Shown piece by piece: positions 1 to 10,664 of a stretch of 64,000 bases of DNA (its first letter is position 1; each line of letters begins with the position of its first letter). A model generated the notes under the pieces. It was not told the DNA's origin, made no database searches, and was given only the letters and a program-made list of their open reading frames with translations. This DNA comes from Pseudonocardiales bacterium. GTDB taxonomy: Bacteria; Actinomycetota; Actinomycetes; Mycobacteriales; QHCD01. The position numbers were made by a program, and so were the translations under genes. The DNA is taken from positions 30,444 to 94,443 of the forward strand of contig QHCD01000073.1 of assembly GCA_003244255.1 (NCBI GenBank), given 5' to 3'.

Positions 1-480
1 CAGCTGGCCGCCAAGACCTATCATCCGCCGGGACCCAGCACGGCCTACCAGGGCGGCTACCCGGCGTCGTACTACCCCGCGATGGCTTGGGATCCGGTGG
101 CGGAGACTCCACTGCTCACCTCCGGCGGCTTCACCGAGATGTACCGCACCGAGACCGAGGCCAGTCGCGGCGCGCTGCGAGGAGTGTCGCTGTACCGCTT
201 CCGCGATGCCGGCGGCGCGGCCGCGTACTACCGAGGCGTCGTGCCGATCATCAGGCGCGTGGAGGGCAGTCATCTCACCATCGTCTCGCTGCCCGGCGCG
301 AAGAACACGACCTGCTACGCCGTGACATTCTCGGCCGGCAACGTCATCAACCAGGAGTGCATCTTCCCGGCGGGACGCTACGTCGTCGTCGCCGACGCGT
401 TCGGTCTCGAGAGGTCCGCATCCGACTTCACGGCCATGCACCCGATCATCGCCGCCCAGCTGTCCAAGACACCGAGATGA
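1..480 (+). CDS. hypothetical protein, C-terminal part (ORF open at the window edge)
   Basis: Frame 1 is stop-free from nt 1 and runs into the 82..480 track ORF. No family recognised. Confidence 0.5.
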   Translation, partial: QLAAKTYHPPGPSTAYQGGYPASYYPAMAWDPVAETPLLTSGGFTEMYRTETEASRGALRGVSLYRFRDAGGAAAYYRGVVPIIRRVEGSHLTIVSLPGAKNTTCYAVTFSAGNVINQECIFPAGRYVVVADAFGLERSASDFTAMHPIIAAQLSKTPR

Positions 481-484
481 TGGC

Positions 485-848
485 ATGTCGCTCTGGCTCA
501 CTCACATCGTGATCGACTGCGCGGACCCGCCCGCGCTCGCCGGATTCTGGTCCGCCGCATTGGCGCGCCCGGTCGACGATCGCACCGGGAAGTTCTTTGC
601 GTCGATCGACGACCACGTCGCCGATCGGCCCTCGTGGTTCTTCATCAAGGTGCCGGAAGACAAGCAGGGAAAGAACCGTCTGCACGTCGACCTGTGCGCC
701 GACGACCGCGTGGCCGAGGTCGAGCGCCTCGTCGAGCTCGGTGCGACGGCGATCTCCGGAGCACGACGAATGGGGCGCGGTGTGGACGGTGCTGGCCGAC
801 CCGGCGGGCAACGAGTTCTGCGTCGGGCAACTCCCGGCATCGGGCTGA
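485..848 (+). pseudogene. VOC/glyoxalase-like domain protein interrupted by a 1-nt frameshift near nt 755-758 (or a sequencing error)
   Basis: The N-terminal part MSLWLTHIVIDCADPPALAGFWSAAL...NRLHVDLCADDRVAEVERLVELGATAIS is in the frame of ORF 485..901. The family-typical C-terminus EHDEWGAVWTVLADPAGNEFCV is the tail of ORF 597..848, in the next frame. Removing one C from atc-tcc-gga restores ...TAISEHDEW... Confidence 0.7.
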
Positions 849-920
849 CCCCAGCGACCACGATTGTCCAATGGGCAGGATCGACCAGCGAGCACGAGTG
901 AACAGAGAGGCGCCGTCCCG

Positions 921-1463
921 ATGGCCCGAGCCGAGCAGTTCCCCAACCCCTACGACCTGCTCGAGCCGGTTCCGTCGTTCGAGGTGACCAGCACCGATAT
1001 CGACGAGGGCGCCGAGCTCGCTCCAGCCCACCGCTCGGGGATCCTGGACGCTGGCGGTGCGGACGTCTCGCCACAGCTGCGGTGGTCGGGCTTCCCGGCG
1101 CAGACGAAGAGCTTCGCGGTCACCTGCTACGACCCGTCCGCGCCGACGGCGAGCGGCTTCTGGCACTGGGCGGTGGTCGACATCCCGGTATCGGTCACCG
1201 AGCTGCCGCGCGATGCCGGAAACCCCGACGCCGGTGCACTGCCCACTGGCGCGGTGCACCTGGCCAACGACGCCTCGGCGAAGCGTTACGTCGGCGCGGC
1301 GCCGCCCCCCGGACATGGCGAGCACCGGTACTACTTCGTGGTGCACGCCGTCGACGTGGAGAGTCTTGGGCTGCCAGGGGACGCCACCCCGGCGTTCCTC
1401 GGGTTCAACCTCGCATCGCACACCCTCGGCCGGGCGACGATCACGGCGACCTTCGGCCGCTGA
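921..1463 (+). CDS. YbhB/YbcL-family phosphatidylethanolamine-binding (PEBP, Raf-kinase-inhibitor-like) protein
   Basis: [27 protein letters not shown] and [15 protein letters not shown]-like motifs. ATG at 921 is preceded by agagagg; the track ORF starts at a TTG at 864. Confidence 0.85.
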   Translation: MARAEQFPNPYDLLEPVPSFEVTSTDIDEGAELAPAHRSGILDAGGADVSPQLRWSGFPAQTKSFAVTCYDPSAPTASGFWHWAVVDIPVSVTELPRDAGNPDAGALPTGAVHLANDASAKRYVGAAPPPGHGEHRYYFVVHAVDVESLGLPGDATPAFLGFNLASHTLGRATITATFGR

Positions 1464-1466
1464 ATT

Positions 1467-1532
1467 TTGTTGATCATGCGGTTCTGGGACGCGACACGCC
1501 GTTTTTTCGTCCCGAAAGCGCATGATCAACAA
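1467..1532. repeat. 66-nt hairpin repeat, sub-family A, copy 1
   Basis: TTGTTGATCATGCGGTTCTGGGAC-GCGACACGCCGTTTTTTC-GTCCCGAAAGCGCATGATCAACAA. The arms are imperfect inverted repeats. A second copy lies at 22776..22842. Confidence 0.9.
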
Positions 1533-1586
1533 CGCCGAACCGGCGTCACCGCGCGCCGGACGGCTGGGCGCTCTGAGCTGGGCGCT

Positions 1587-1616
1587 TTGACCATGCCCGC
1601 GTGCGGCCGGTATCGT
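1587..1616 (+). promoter_or_regulatory. candidate housekeeping-sigma promoter for rplM-rpsI
   Basis: TTGACC (1587-1592), an 18-nt spacer, then TATCGT (1611-1616), about 85 nt upstream of the rplM start. Pattern match only. Confidence 0.35.
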
Positions 1617-1701
1617 CAACCTTCGGTGCGCGTGCCCGCCGCTCGATAGGCCGGTGACGCCGCCGCTCGCGACATCCGATTGATGGAGAAGGCAGTTCTG
1701 C

Positions 1702-2145
1702 GTGCGCACCTACAGCCCGAGGCCCGGTGAGGTCACCCCCGCCTGGCACGTCATCGATGCGACCGACGTCGTGCTCGGCCGGTTGGCGAGCCAGGCGGCG
1801 ATCCTGCTGCGCGGCAAGCACAAGCCACAGTTCGCGCTGCACGTCGACACCGGCGACTTCGTGATCGTGGTGAACGCCGGCAAGGTTGCCCTGACCGGCG
1901 CCAAGCGCTCGGACAAGCTTGTGCATCACCACTCCGGCTATCCGGGTGGGCTGAGCTCGCGGCCGATCGGCGAGCTGCTTCAGACGCAGCCGACCCGGGT
2001 GATCGAGCGCGCGGTGCGCGGCATGCTGCCGAAGACGACGCTCGGACGCAAGATGGGCAGCAAGCTCAAGGTCTACGCCGGCCCCGACCATCCGCACCAG
2101 GCGCAGCAGCCGGTGCCGTACGAGATCTCCCAGGTGGCCCAATGA
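1702..2145 (+). CDS. rplM: 50S ribosomal protein L13
   Basis: [42 protein letters not shown]... is a canonical L13 N-terminus. GTG start, with ggagaagg upstream. Confidence 0.97.
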   Translation: MRTYSPRPGEVTPAWHVIDATDVVLGRLASQAAILLRGKHKPQFALHVDTGDFVIVVNAGKVALTGAKRSDKLVHHHSGYPGGLSSRPIGELLQTQPTRVIERAVRGMLPKTTLGRKMGSKLKVYAGPDHPHQAQQPVPYEISQVAQ

Positions 2146-2176
2146 CGCAGGGGGTCCAGATGATGCAGGTGGTGCA

Positions 2177-2713
2177 GTGATGTCCGCTCCGACCGTCGAC
2201 ACCGACGTCGCGCCGAGCGATCTCGCCGTGCTGTCGGAACAGCTTGCCGAGGCGGCCGCGGCGCCGGTAGTGCCGGTCGCGCCTGCAGAGGAGGAGGCTG
2301 CCGCCCGTCCGCAGGTCCCGCGCCCGGACGGACCGATCCAGACCGTCGGCCGTCGCAAGGAGGCGGTGGTGCGAGTGCGCCTGCTGCCCGGTACCGGCCA
2401 GTTCACCCTCAACGGCCGCACGATGGACCAGTACTTCCCGAACAAGGTGCACCAGCAGCTGATCCGGGAGCCGTTCGTCACCCTCGACCGCGGCGGCGCC
2501 TACGACGTCATCGCGCGCCTCGGCGGCGGCGGGGTCACCGGTCAGGCCGGTGCGCTGCGCCTCGGCATCGCCCGCGCGCTCATCGAGCTGAATCCCGATG
2601 ACCGGCCGGCGTTGAAGCGGGCCGGCTTCCTCAAACGCGATCCGCGGATCAAGGAGCGGAAGAAGTACGGCCTGAAGAAGGCCCGCAAGGCTCCGCAGTA
2701 CTCCAAGCGCTGA
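2177..2713 (+). CDS. rpsI: 30S ribosomal protein S9 with an Ala/Pro/Glu-rich N-terminal extension
   Basis: C-terminal [19 protein letters not shown]...[25 protein letters not shown] is canonical S9. Confidence 0.97.
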   Translation: MMSAPTVDTDVAPSDLAVLSEQLAEAAAAPVVPVAPAEEEAAARPQVPRPDGPIQTVGRRKEAVVRVRLLPGTGQFTLNGRTMDQYFPNKVHQQLIREPFVTLDRGGAYDVIARLGGGGVTGQAGALRLGIARALIELNPDDRPALKRAGFLKRDPRIKERKKYGLKKARKAPQYSKR

Positions 2714-2740
2714 CCGGCCCGACGGGACCTCGGGATCGCC

Positions 2741-4078
2741 GTGCGCCGGCTGTTCGGGACCGACGGCGTTCGCGGCCTCGTCGGCGCCGACCTCTCACCG
2801 GAGCTTGCACTCGCCATCGCATCGGCGGCCGCCCGCGTGCTCGGCGCTGGGAGCGACGGCCGGCGGCGGACCGCCGTAGTCGGCCGGGATCCGCGGCTCT
2901 CCGGCGAGATGCTGCAGGCCGCCGTCACCGCTGGGCTCACGGCCGAGGGCATCGACGTGGTGCTGCTCGGCGTGCTCCCGACGCCAGCGGTGGCTTTCCT
3001 GACGGCCGATCTCGACGCCGACCTCGGCGTCGTCCTGTCGGCAAGTCACAACCCGATGCCCGACAACGGGATCAAGCTGTTCACCCGTGGCGGCGACAAG
3101 CTGCCCGACGACGTCGAGACGGCGATCGAGGCCGCGATGACCACGGCGCCGACATCGGGGCGGCCGACTGGCGCCGCGATCGGCCGGGTGCGGGAGCATT
3201 CGGACGCACTCGACCGGTATGCCGACCATCTGCTGACCACCCCGCACCATCCGCTGACCGGCCTGCGGGTGGTCGTCGACTGTGCCAACGGCGCGGCATC
3301 GGCCGTCGCACCCCAGGTGTACCGGCGGGCCGGCGCTAGCGTCGTCGAGATCGGCACCGCCCCCGACGGTGAGAACATCAACCAGGGCTGCGGATCCACC
3401 GACCTGCGGGCCCTGATCGCCGCGCTGGCCGCGGCAGAGGCCGACATCGGGATCGCACACGACGGCGACGCCGACCGGTGCCTCGCCGTCACGCCGGACG
3501 GCCATCTGGTCGACGGTGATTCGATCCTGGCGATCTGCGCACTGGCGCTGCGCGAGGCCGGCGAGCTCCGTGACGACGCTGTCGTCGCGACCGTGATGAG
3601 CAACCTCGGCTTCCATCACGCCATGCGCGAGCACGGCATCTCGGTCGTGAGCACACCGGTCGGCGACCGGTACCTGCTCGAGGCGCTGCGCGAACGTGGC
3701 CTCTCACTCGGCGGTGAACAGAGCGGACACCTGGTCTTCGCCGATCACGCCACCACGGGCGACGGTCTGCTCACCGCGCTCGCGGTGCTCTCCCGGATGG
3801 CGGCAACGGGCCGGTCCATCGCCGAGCTCGCGGCGATCGTACGCAGGCTGCCGCAGGTGCTGCTCAACGTGCCGGTATCCGACCGGTCGACAGCCGCCCG
3901 GGCGCCGGCCGTGCTGGACGCGGTCGCCGCCGCCGAAGCAGAGCTGGGCGACTCCGGGCGGGTGGTGCTGCGACCATCGGGCACCGAGGCGCTGGTCCGG
4001 GTGATGGTGGAGGCGCCGACCGACGACGACGCCCACCGCATCGCCGAGCGGCTGGCCCGGGTCGTCGCGGCGTCCTGA
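2741..4078 (+). CDS. glmM: phosphoglucosamine mutase
   Basis: LFGTDGVRG start and the [15 protein letters not shown] phosphoserine loop. Confidence 0.96.
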   Translation: MRRLFGTDGVRGLVGADLSPELALAIASAAARVLGAGSDGRRRTAVVGRDPRLSGEMLQAAVTAGLTAEGIDVVLLGVLPTPAVAFLTADLDADLGVVLSASHNPMPDNGIKLFTRGGDKLPDDVETAIEAAMTTAPTSGRPTGAAIGRVREHSDALDRYADHLLTTPHHPLTGLRVVVDCANGAASAVAPQVYRRAGASVVEIGTAPDGENINQGCGSTDLRALIAALAAAEADIGIAHDGDADRCLAVTPDGHLVDGDSILAICALALREAGELRDDAVVATVMSNLGFHHAMREHGISVVSTPVGDRYLLEALRERGLSLGGEQSGHLVFADHATTGDGLLTALAVLSRMAATGRSIAELAAIVRRLPQVLLNVPVSDRSTAARAPAVLDAVAAAEAELGDSGRVVLRPSGTEALVRVMVEAPTDDDAHRIAERLARVVAAS

Positions 4079-4186
4079 TGCAGGCGCCGGACCGCGGCAG
4101 GGAGGCTCGCGGCCGAGTACCGCCCAGGCGCCTGCGACCGGCGGAATGCACGCGGCCCGGCGGTCGGCGCCGCTAGCCTGGCATGT

Positions 4187-6037
4187 ATGTGCGGCATCGT
4201 GGGGTATGTCGGGTCGCAGGACGCGATCGACGTCGTGATCGAGGGGCTGCGTCGGCTGGAGTACCGCGGCTACGACTCGGCCGGGGTCGCGATCGTCGAC
4301 CCGGCCGGCGGGATGCGTACGGAGCGCCGAGCCGGCGCGCTGTCCAATCTGGACAAGCAGCTCGCGGAGGGGTCGCGGATTGCAGGCAACGTCGGCATCG
4401 GCCACACCCGGTGGGCGACCCACGGCGCGCCGACAGACCGCAATGCGCACCCGCACGTCGATTGCAGCGGCGCGGTCGCCGTCGTGCACAACGGGATCAT
4501 CGAGAACTTCGCCGCGCTTCGCGAGCGGTTGGAGAGCGCCGGCCACGAATTCGCCAGCGACACCGACACCGAGGTGGTGGCACACCTGCTCGAAGTCGAG
4601 ATCGGTTCGACCGACACCGATCTCGCCGCAGCGATGCGCGCGGTGTGCAGTCAGCTGGTCGGCGCGTTCACGCTGGTGGCCGTACACCGCGACCGCCCGG
4701 GCGTCGTCGTCGCGGCCCGGCGCAGCTCCCCACTGGTGGTCGGCGTCGGGGATGGCGAGATGTTCCTTGCCAGTGACGTGGCGGCATTCATCGCGCATAC
4801 CCGGGAGGCCGTCGCGCTCGGACAGGACCAGGTCGTGGAGATCCGATCCGACGGCTACACCGTGACCGACCTGCAGGGTGGCACGACCGACGGGCAGCCC
4901 TTCCACGTCGACTGGAACCTCGCCGCCGCCGAGAAGGGCGGCCACGACTTCTTTATGCAGAAGGAGATCGAGGAACAGCCGACCGCCGTCGCCGACACAC
5001 TGCGCGGGCATCTCGTCGACGGCCGGATCGTGCTCGACGAGACGCGGCTGGCCGAACAGGATCTGCGCGAGATCGACAAGGTCTTCGTCGTCGCGTGCGG
5101 GACGGCGTTCCATTCCGGCCTGATCGCGAAGTACGCGATCGAGCACTGGACCCGGGTGCCCGTCGAGGTCGAGATCGCCTCGGAGTTCCGGTATCGCGAT
5201 CCCGTGCTCGACCGCGACACGCTCGTCGTCGCGGTGTCGCAGAGCGGTGAGACGGCAGACACCCTCGAGGCCGTGCGGCACGCGCGCGAGCAGCGTGCCC
5301 GCGTGCTCTCGATCTGCAACACCAACGGCGCGCAGATCCCGCGCGAATCCGACGCCGTGCTCTACACGCGGTCCGGCCCCGAGGTCGCCGTCGCGTCGAC
5401 GAAGTGTTTCCTGACGCAGGTGACGGCCGGCTACCTGCTGGGGCTCGCGCTGGCGCAGGTACAGGGCAAGAAGTACGAGGACGAGGTGGCGGCCGATTTC
5501 GCTGCGCTGGAAGCGATGCCGCGGCTGATCGCGCAGACACTGTCCACAATGGACCCGGTGCGGGCGCTCGCCCGCGAGCTGGCCGGCTCGGAGACGATCC
5601 TGTTCCTCGGCCGGCACGTCGGGTATCCCGTGGCGCTGGAGGGCGCGCTGAAGCTGAAGGAACTGAGCTACATGCACGCCGAGGGCTTCCCCGCCGGCGA
5701 GCTCAAGCACGGGCCGATCGCGCTGATCGACGACGGGATGCCGGTGGTCGTGGTCGTCCCGGATCCGGGCGCGCGCGGTGTGCTGCACGACAAGGTGCTC
5801 TCGAACCTGGCCGAGGTGCGCGCTCGCGGCGCACGCACGATAGTCATCGCTACCGCAGGCGATGAGCGGGTGCGGCGGCTTGCCGATCACCTGATCGAGG
5901 TGCCGTCGACGCCCACGCTGTACGCACCACTGGTCACCACCGTGCCGCTACAGGTGTTCGCGGCCGCGGTTGCCGATGCGCGGGGCTACGACGTCGACAA
6001 GCCACGCAACCTGGCGAAGTCGGTGACGGTGGAGTGA
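4187..6037 (+). CDS. glmS: glutamine--fructose-6-phosphate aminotransferase (isomerizing)
   Basis: [10 protein letters not shown]-terminal nucleophile Cys, two SIS domains, and a C-terminal ...[13 protein letters not shown]. Confidence 0.97.
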   Translation: MCGIVGYVGSQDAIDVVIEGLRRLEYRGYDSAGVAIVDPAGGMRTERRAGALSNLDKQLAEGSRIAGNVGIGHTRWATHGAPTDRNAHPHVDCSGAVAVVHNGIIENFAALRERLESAGHEFASDTDTEVVAHLLEVEIGSTDTDLAAAMRAVCSQLVGAFTLVAVHRDRPGVVVAARRSSPLVVGVGDGEMFLASDVAAFIAHTREAVALGQDQVVEIRSDGYTVTDLQGGTTDGQPFHVDWNLAAAEKGGHDFFMQKEIEEQPTAVADTLRGHLVDGRIVLDETRLAEQDLREIDKVFVVACGTAFHSGLIAKYAIEHWTRVPVEVEIASEFRYRDPVLDRDTLVVAVSQSGETADTLEAVRHAREQRARVLSICNTNGAQIPRESDAVLYTRSGPEVAVASTKCFLTQVTAGYLLGLALAQVQGKKYEDEVAADFAALEAMPRLIAQTLSTMDPVRALARELAGSETILFLGRHVGYPVALEGALKLKELSYMHAEGFPAGELKHGPIALIDDGMPVVVVVPDPGARGVLHDKVLSNLAEVRARGARTIVIATAGDERVRRLADHLIEVPSTPTLYAPLVTTVPLQVFAAAVADARGYDVDKPRNLAKSVTVE

Positions 6038-6050
6038 GCCGGCCGCCGCG

Positions 6051-6422
6051 ATGATCGTCGGCGTCGGTATCGATGTGGTGCCGGTGCGGCGATTCGCCGA
6101 GTCACTGGCGCGCACGCCGGGCCTCGCCGGTCGCCTCTTCACCACAGCCGAACGGGTCACCCTGCACGGCGAGCCGCGGTCGGCGGAGTCGCTGGCCGCG
6201 CGGTTCGCGGCGAAGGAGGCGCTCGCGAAATCCCTTGGAGCGCCGGGCAATCTACTGTGGACGGACGCCGAAGTGACGGTCGACAGTTCCGGCCAGCCGA
6301 GACTGGATGTAGCCGGAACCGTGGCCGTCCGCGCGCATCAGCTTGCCGTGACGGACTGGCATCTGTCGCTATCGCACGACGGCGGCATCGCCAGCGCCGT
6401 CGTCGTCGCAGAGGCGCGATGA
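6051..6422 (+). CDS. acpS: holo-[acyl-carrier-protein] synthase
   Basis: [15 protein letters not shown]... and [12 protein letters not shown] motifs. Confidence 0.93.
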   Translation: MIVGVGIDVVPVRRFAESLARTPGLAGRLFTTAERVTLHGEPRSAESLAARFAAKEALAKSLGAPGNLLWTDAEVTVDSSGQPRLDVAGTVAVRAHQLAVTDWHLSLSHDGGIASAVVVAEAR

Positions 6423-7882
6423 TCGACGTTCATCCCGTTGCCGACGTGCGGGCCGCCGAGTCCGCGTTGATCGCAACGCTGCCCGAAGGCGCGTTGATGC
6501 AGCGGGCGGCGGCTGGCCTGGCCGCGCACTGCCTGCGGGTGCTGCGGCGTGGCTACGGCGCGCGCGTGGTCCTGCTCGTCGGTGCCGGCGACAACGGCGG
6601 TGACGCGCTGTTCGCGGGCGCGCGGCTGCGGGGCCGCGGTGTCGGCGTCGAGGCCGTGCTGCTCCCTCCCGACCGCGCGCACCCGGCTGGCCTTGCGGCG
6701 TTCCGCCGGTCTGGCGGGCGGTTGCGCCCCGCCGAGCCGGCCGCGGTCGCTGGCGCCGACCTGGTCGTTGACGGCATCGTCGGAATCGGCGGGCACGGCG
6801 GCCTGCGGCCCGACGCGGCGGCACTTGTAGACGCGGCAGCAAGATCCGACGCGGTCCGGCTCTCCGTCGACCTGCCGAGCGGTGTCGACGCCGACACCGG
6901 CGCCGTCGACGGCGCCGTGTTCGACGCCGACGTGACCGTGACGTTCGGGTGTGTCAAGCCGGGGCTCGTCGTCGGCGCGGGCGCCCAGCACACGGGTGAT
7001 CTCAAGCTCGTCGACATCGGCCTGCGACCGCACCTGCCGGCCGCCCGACTGCGGGCGCTCGACGGCGACGACGTCGCGGCGCTGCTCCCGATGCCGGGCC
7101 CGGGCGCGGACAAGTACGCGCGCGGAGTGCTGGGTGTCGTCGCCGGCTCGCCGACCTACGGCGGCGCGGCGGTGCTGTGCGTCGGTGCCGGGCTGCACGC
7201 CGGAGCCGGCATGGTGCGCTACTGCGGCCGAGCGGCCGCTCATGTGCGCGCCAGCTGGCCGGAGGCCGTGGTCAGCGACGGCCGGCCGAGTGACGCCGGC
7301 CGGGTGCAGGCCTGGGCGGTCGGGCCGGGCCTCGGCACCGACGACGACGCGCGCGCGCTGCTGCGCGACGTGCTCGCCAGCGACGTACCGGTGCTGGTCG
7401 ACGCCGACGGCATCACCCTGCTCGCGGAACGGCGCGAGTGGCTGCGCGCGCGCACCGCCGCGACCGTGGTCACGCCGCACGACCGGGAGTTCGAGCGGCT
7501 GGCCGGCGAGATCGGGCCGGATCGGGTGGCGGCTGCGCGTCGGGCCGCCGCCGAGCTCGGTGTCGTCGTGCTGCTGAAGGGCAACGCGACCGTGGTGGCC
7601 GAGCCGGGTGGGCGGGCGTTCGTGAACCGCACCGGCACGCCATGGCTCGCCGCGGCCGGCACTGGCGACGTGCTGTCGGGATGCGTCGGGGCGCTGCTGG
7701 CCGGCGGGCTCGAGCCGGTCGACGCCGCCGCGGCCGGTGCCTACCTGCACGGGGTCGCGGGTGACCTCGCCGCCGATGGCGCGCCGCTGCGGGCGTCCGA
7801 CGTCATCACCGCGCTGCCGGCCGCCGCGCGCCGGATCCGGTCGGGCGCCGATCACGCCCGCAGCGGCGGCCGGCGTGACTGA
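6419..7882 (+). CDS. nnr: bifunctional NAD(P)H-hydrate epimerase / ADP-dependent dehydratase
   Basis: YjeF-N motif [10 protein letters not shown] and C-terminal kinase-fold motifs [13 protein letters not shown] and GTGDVLSG. The ATG at 6419 overlaps the acpS stop (ATGA). The track ORF start at 6257 lies inside acpS. Confidence 0.9.
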   Translation: MIDVHPVADVRAAESALIATLPEGALMQRAAAGLAAHCLRVLRRGYGARVVLLVGAGDNGGDALFAGARLRGRGVGVEAVLLPPDRAHPAGLAAFRRSGGRLRPAEPAAVAGADLVVDGIVGIGGHGGLRPDAAALVDAAARSDAVRLSVDLPSGVDADTGAVDGAVFDADVTVTFGCVKPGLVVGAGAQHTGDLKLVDIGLRPHLPAARLRALDGDDVAALLPMPGPGADKYARGVLGVVAGSPTYGGAAVLCVGAGLHAGAGMVRYCGRAAAHVRASWPEAVVSDGRPSDAGRVQAWAVGPGLGTDDDARALLRDVLASDVPVLVDADGITLLAERREWLRARTAATVVTPHDREFERLAGEIGPDRVAAARRAAAELGVVVLLKGNATVVAEPGGRAFVNRTGTPWLAAAGTGDVLSGCVGALLAGGLEPVDAAAAGAYLHGVAGDLAADGAPLRASDVITALPAAARRIRSGADHARSGGRRD

Positions 7883-9029
7883 GGCGATCGCGGCGGCACC
7901 GGCGGACCCGCCGACGGCGGCGGTCGTCGACCTCGCCGCCATCAGCGCCAATGTCGCGACGCTCCGGCGGCGCACGACCGCGGCCCTGATGGCCGTCGTC
8001 AAGGCCGACGCCTACGGCCACGGCCTGGTGCCTGCCGCCCGCGCGGCGCTCGGCGGCGGTGCACCACGACTGGCGACGGCGTTCGTCGACGAGGCGCTTG
8101 CCCTGCGTGCCGCCGGCGTCGACGTCCCGATCCTGGCGCTGATCCTGCGGTCCGGTGAATCCCGGCTCGGTGCCGCGATTGCCGCCGATGTAGAGGTCTC
8201 GGTCGGCGGACCGGCGGCACTCGATGCCGTGCTGGCCGCGGTGCGGACCAGTGGTGTCGCCGCCGCGATCCACCTCGAGGTCGACACCGGCCTGTCGCGC
8301 GGTGGCGCCCGGGCCGACGGCTGGGCGGCGATCGTGGACTCGGCTGCCCGCGCGGTAGCTGAGGGCGCCGTCCGGGTGGTCGGTGTCTGGAGTCACCTCG
8401 CCTGCGCCGACCAGCCCGAGCACCCGGCCAACGCCATGCAACTCGCGGCCTATCGCGACGCGCTCGACACGGCGCGGCGGCACGGCGTCGTGCCGCAGAT
8501 CCGCCACCTCGCGAACTCCGGTGGGCTGCTCGCCCTTCCCGATACCCATTTCGACGCCGTCCGGGCGGGCATCGCCGTCTACGGACTCGCACCGGGCCCG
8601 GCCGTGCCTGCCGCCGGGCTGACCCCGGCGATGACGCTCGTCTCGCGCCTGGCCCTGACGAAAGAGGTCCCCGCAGGAGCCGGCGTGTCCTATGGCCTGA
8701 CGCACCGGACGGCAAGCGCGACCCGGCTCGCAGTGATACCGGTGGGCTACGGCGACGGCGTCCCCCGCCAGGCATCGAACCGGGCCGAGGTCTGCATCGA
8801 CGGGGTGCGGCACCCGATCGTCGGCCGGGTCTGCATGGACCAGTTCGTCGTGGACACCGGCGATCACGTCGTGGACACCGGCGATCCGGTCGTCCTGTTC
8901 GGCCCGGGCCGAGCCGGCGAGCCGACGGCGGATGACTGGGCCGGCGCGACCGGGACCATCGGCTACGAGATCGTCACCCGGATCGGCGCCCGGGTGCCGC
9001 GGGTGTACCACGGCGGAGGCACCGGGTGA
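7875..9029 (+). CDS. alr: alanine racemase
   Basis: AVVKADAYGHG PLP-lysine motif. The GTG at 7875 overlaps the nnr stop by 8 nt; the exact start is uncertain. Confidence 0.93.
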   Translation: MTEAIAAAPADPPTAAVVDLAAISANVATLRRRTTAALMAVVKADAYGHGLVPAARAALGGGAPRLATAFVDEALALRAAGVDVPILALILRSGESRLGAAIAADVEVSVGGPAALDAVLAAVRTSGVAAAIHLEVDTGLSRGGARADGWAAIVDSAARAVAEGAVRVVGVWSHLACADQPEHPANAMQLAAYRDALDTARRHGVVPQIRHLANSGGLLALPDTHFDAVRAGIAVYGLAPGPAVPAAGLTPAMTLVSRLALTKEVPAGAGVSYGLTHRTASATRLAVIPVGYGDGVPRQASNRAEVCIDGVRHPIVGRVCMDQFVVDTGDHVVDTGDPVVLFGPGRAGEPTADDWAGATGTIGYEIVTRIGARVPRVYHGGGTG

Positions 9030-10192
9030 GCCGGCGGCGGCGCGCCGGCATCATTGGCGGCGCGCTCGGGCTGGTGGCCGCCGGTACCGCCGTCGGCCTG
9101 GCCGCGCAGCGGTACGCGATTGGCCGGATCCGCACCGGGGAGCCCTCTGCCGGAGAGCCCGGTGCCGGAGAGCCCAGTGCCGGAGAGCGCAGTGCTGGCC
9201 AGCCCGGTGCCGGCCAGCCCGGTGCCGGCGAGCCGTTCGACCGGCTCCCGGCCGATCGGAGGAGTGTCGTCGTCGCTGATGACGGCGTTCCGCTCTACGT
9301 CGAGGAGACGGGCCCGCTGGACGCGCCCGTCGCGATCGTGTTCGTGCACGGCTACTCGCTGCGGATGGGCTCCTGGCACTTCCAGCGCCGCGACCTGCCG
9401 CACCGGGTGAGCGGGCCGCTGCGGATGGTGTTCTTCGACCTGCGCAGCCACGGTCGATCCGGACGCGGACCCGAGAACGCGTCGACGATCGAGCAGCTCG
9501 GTGACGACCTCGCGGCGGTGTTGCGGCACGTCGGGGATACGGCACCGATCGTGCTGGTGGGGCACTCGATGGGCGGCATGGCGGCGATGGCACTCACCGC
9601 ACAAAACCCCGAGCTGGTGGCGGGTCTCGCAGGTGTCGTGCTGATCGCTACCTCGGCGGGGCGAGGCGGAGCGAGCTTCGGACTTCCGGGGCCGCTCGCG
9701 CCGATCGGGCCGCCGGTGCAGCGGATGGCAGTGGCGGGCCTGCGGGCGCAACCGGCGCTGATCGGCCGTGCCGTCAGGATCGGGCGCGACGTGTCGTGGC
9801 TGATCGTCCGACGGCTGTCGTTCGGCTCGCGGGAGGTGAGCCCTGCCGTGGTGTCCTATGCCGAGCGGATGATCACCTCGACCCCCGCCGATGTGATCGC
9901 AGCGTTCCTGCCGGTCTTCGGCGGCTACGACAAGCGCGACGCCCTCGCCGCACTGCGGGATCTGCCGGTGCTGATCATCGTCGGTGACGCCGACCGCATG
10001 ACGCCGCCCGCGCACAGCGAGGAGATGGCGCGCGCGCTGCCGGACGCCCAGCTGGTGGTGCTGCCCGGCGCCGGCCACCTGGTGATGCTGGAAGCCGCCG
10101 ACGACGTCACCGGTGCGCTGGCGGAGTTCGTCGATGCAACGGCCACTCGCACCGCACGCCGGGTCGTCCGACGCCGGAAGCGCACGACGTGA
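9026..10192 (+). CDS. alpha/beta hydrolase with a repeat-containing N-terminal linker
   Basis: GHSMGG nucleophile elbow and an N-terminal TM/signal-like segment. GTGA overlaps with alr at the 5' end and with tsaE at the 3' end. Confidence 0.88.
   Translation: MSRRRRAGIIGGALGLVAAGTAVGLAAQRYAIGRIRTGEPSAGEPGAGEPSAGERSAGQPGAGQPGAGEPFDRLPADRRSVVVADDGVPLYVEETGPLDAPVAIVFVHGYSLRMGSWHFQRRDLPHRVSGPLRMVFFDLRSHGRSGRGPENASTIEQLGDDLAAVLRHVGDTAPIVLVGHSMGGMAAMALTAQNPELVAGLAGVVLIATSAGRGGASFGLPGPLAPIGPPVQRMAVAGLRAQPALIGRAVRIGRDVSWLIVRRLSFGSREVSPAVVSYAERMITSTPADVIAAFLPVFGGYDKRDALAALRDLPVLIIVGDADRMTPPAHSEEMARALPDAQLVVLPGAGHLVMLEAADDVTGALAEFVDATATRTARRVVRRRKRTT
9137..9235 (+). repeat. in-frame 15-nt tandem repeat, about 6.6 copies, encoding (G-E/Q-P-x-A)n
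   Basis: GGGGAGCCCTCTGCC GGAGAGCCCGGTGCC GGAGAGCCCAGTGCC GGAGAGCGCAGTGCT GGCCAGCCCGGTGCC GGCCAGCCCGGTGCC GGCGAGCCG. Confidence 0.95.
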
Positions 10193-10662
10193 AGATCCTG
10201 CTGCCGACCGCCGAGGACACCCTCGCCCTCGGTGCCGACCTCGCGGGCATCGCCGTCCCGGGCGACCTGCTGGTGCTCGCCGGCCCGCTCGGCGCCGGTA
10301 AGACCGTGCTGGCGAAGGGACTCGGCGCCGGCCTCGGTATTCGCCGGCGGGTGACGTCGCCGACGTTCGTCCTGTCCCGCGTGTACCTCGAGGGCCGGCT
10401 GCCGATGGTGCACGTCGATGCCTACCGCCTTGGCTCGACTTCCGAGGTGGACGACCTCGATCTGGAGGAGTTCACCGACACCTCGGTTACGGTCGTCGAG
10501 TGGGGACTGGGATTGGTGGAGCATCTCGCCGAAGCTCACCTGCTCGTCGAGCTCGACTCCCGGCGCGCCGACGGGGTGCGCGAGGCGACACTGGCTCCGA
10601 CCGGCGGGGACTGGATGTCCCGGCTCTCGGTGCTGGCCCGGCGCCGTCGGGCGATGGCGTAG
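10189..10662 (+). CDS. tsaE: tRNA t6A37 biosynthesis ATPase TsaE
   Basis: LAGPLGAGKTVLAKGL P-loop and SPTFVL motif. Confidence 0.93.
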   Translation: MKILLPTAEDTLALGADLAGIAVPGDLLVLAGPLGAGKTVLAKGLGAGLGIRRRVTSPTFVLSRVYLEGRLPMVHVDAYRLGSTSEVDDLDLEEFTDTSVTVVEWGLGLVEHLAEAHLLVELDSRRADGVREATLAPTGGDWMSRLSVLARRRRAMA

Positions 10663-10664
10663 GG

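Noticed and set aside
4079-4186. glmS ribozyme upstream of glmS
   Set aside because: The gap is only 108 nt and I could not find the conserved glmS ribozyme core. From memory, that ribozyme is characteristic of Firmicutes-type genomes rather than Actinomycetota. An Rfam scan would settle it.
3704-5890. 728-aa ORF antisense to glmS
   Set aside because: It lies entirely within a gene whose product has unmistakable GlmS motifs. The translation is Arg/Gly/Pro/Ala/His-rich with no recognisable domain. It is a typical stop-poor shadow frame of very GC-rich DNA.
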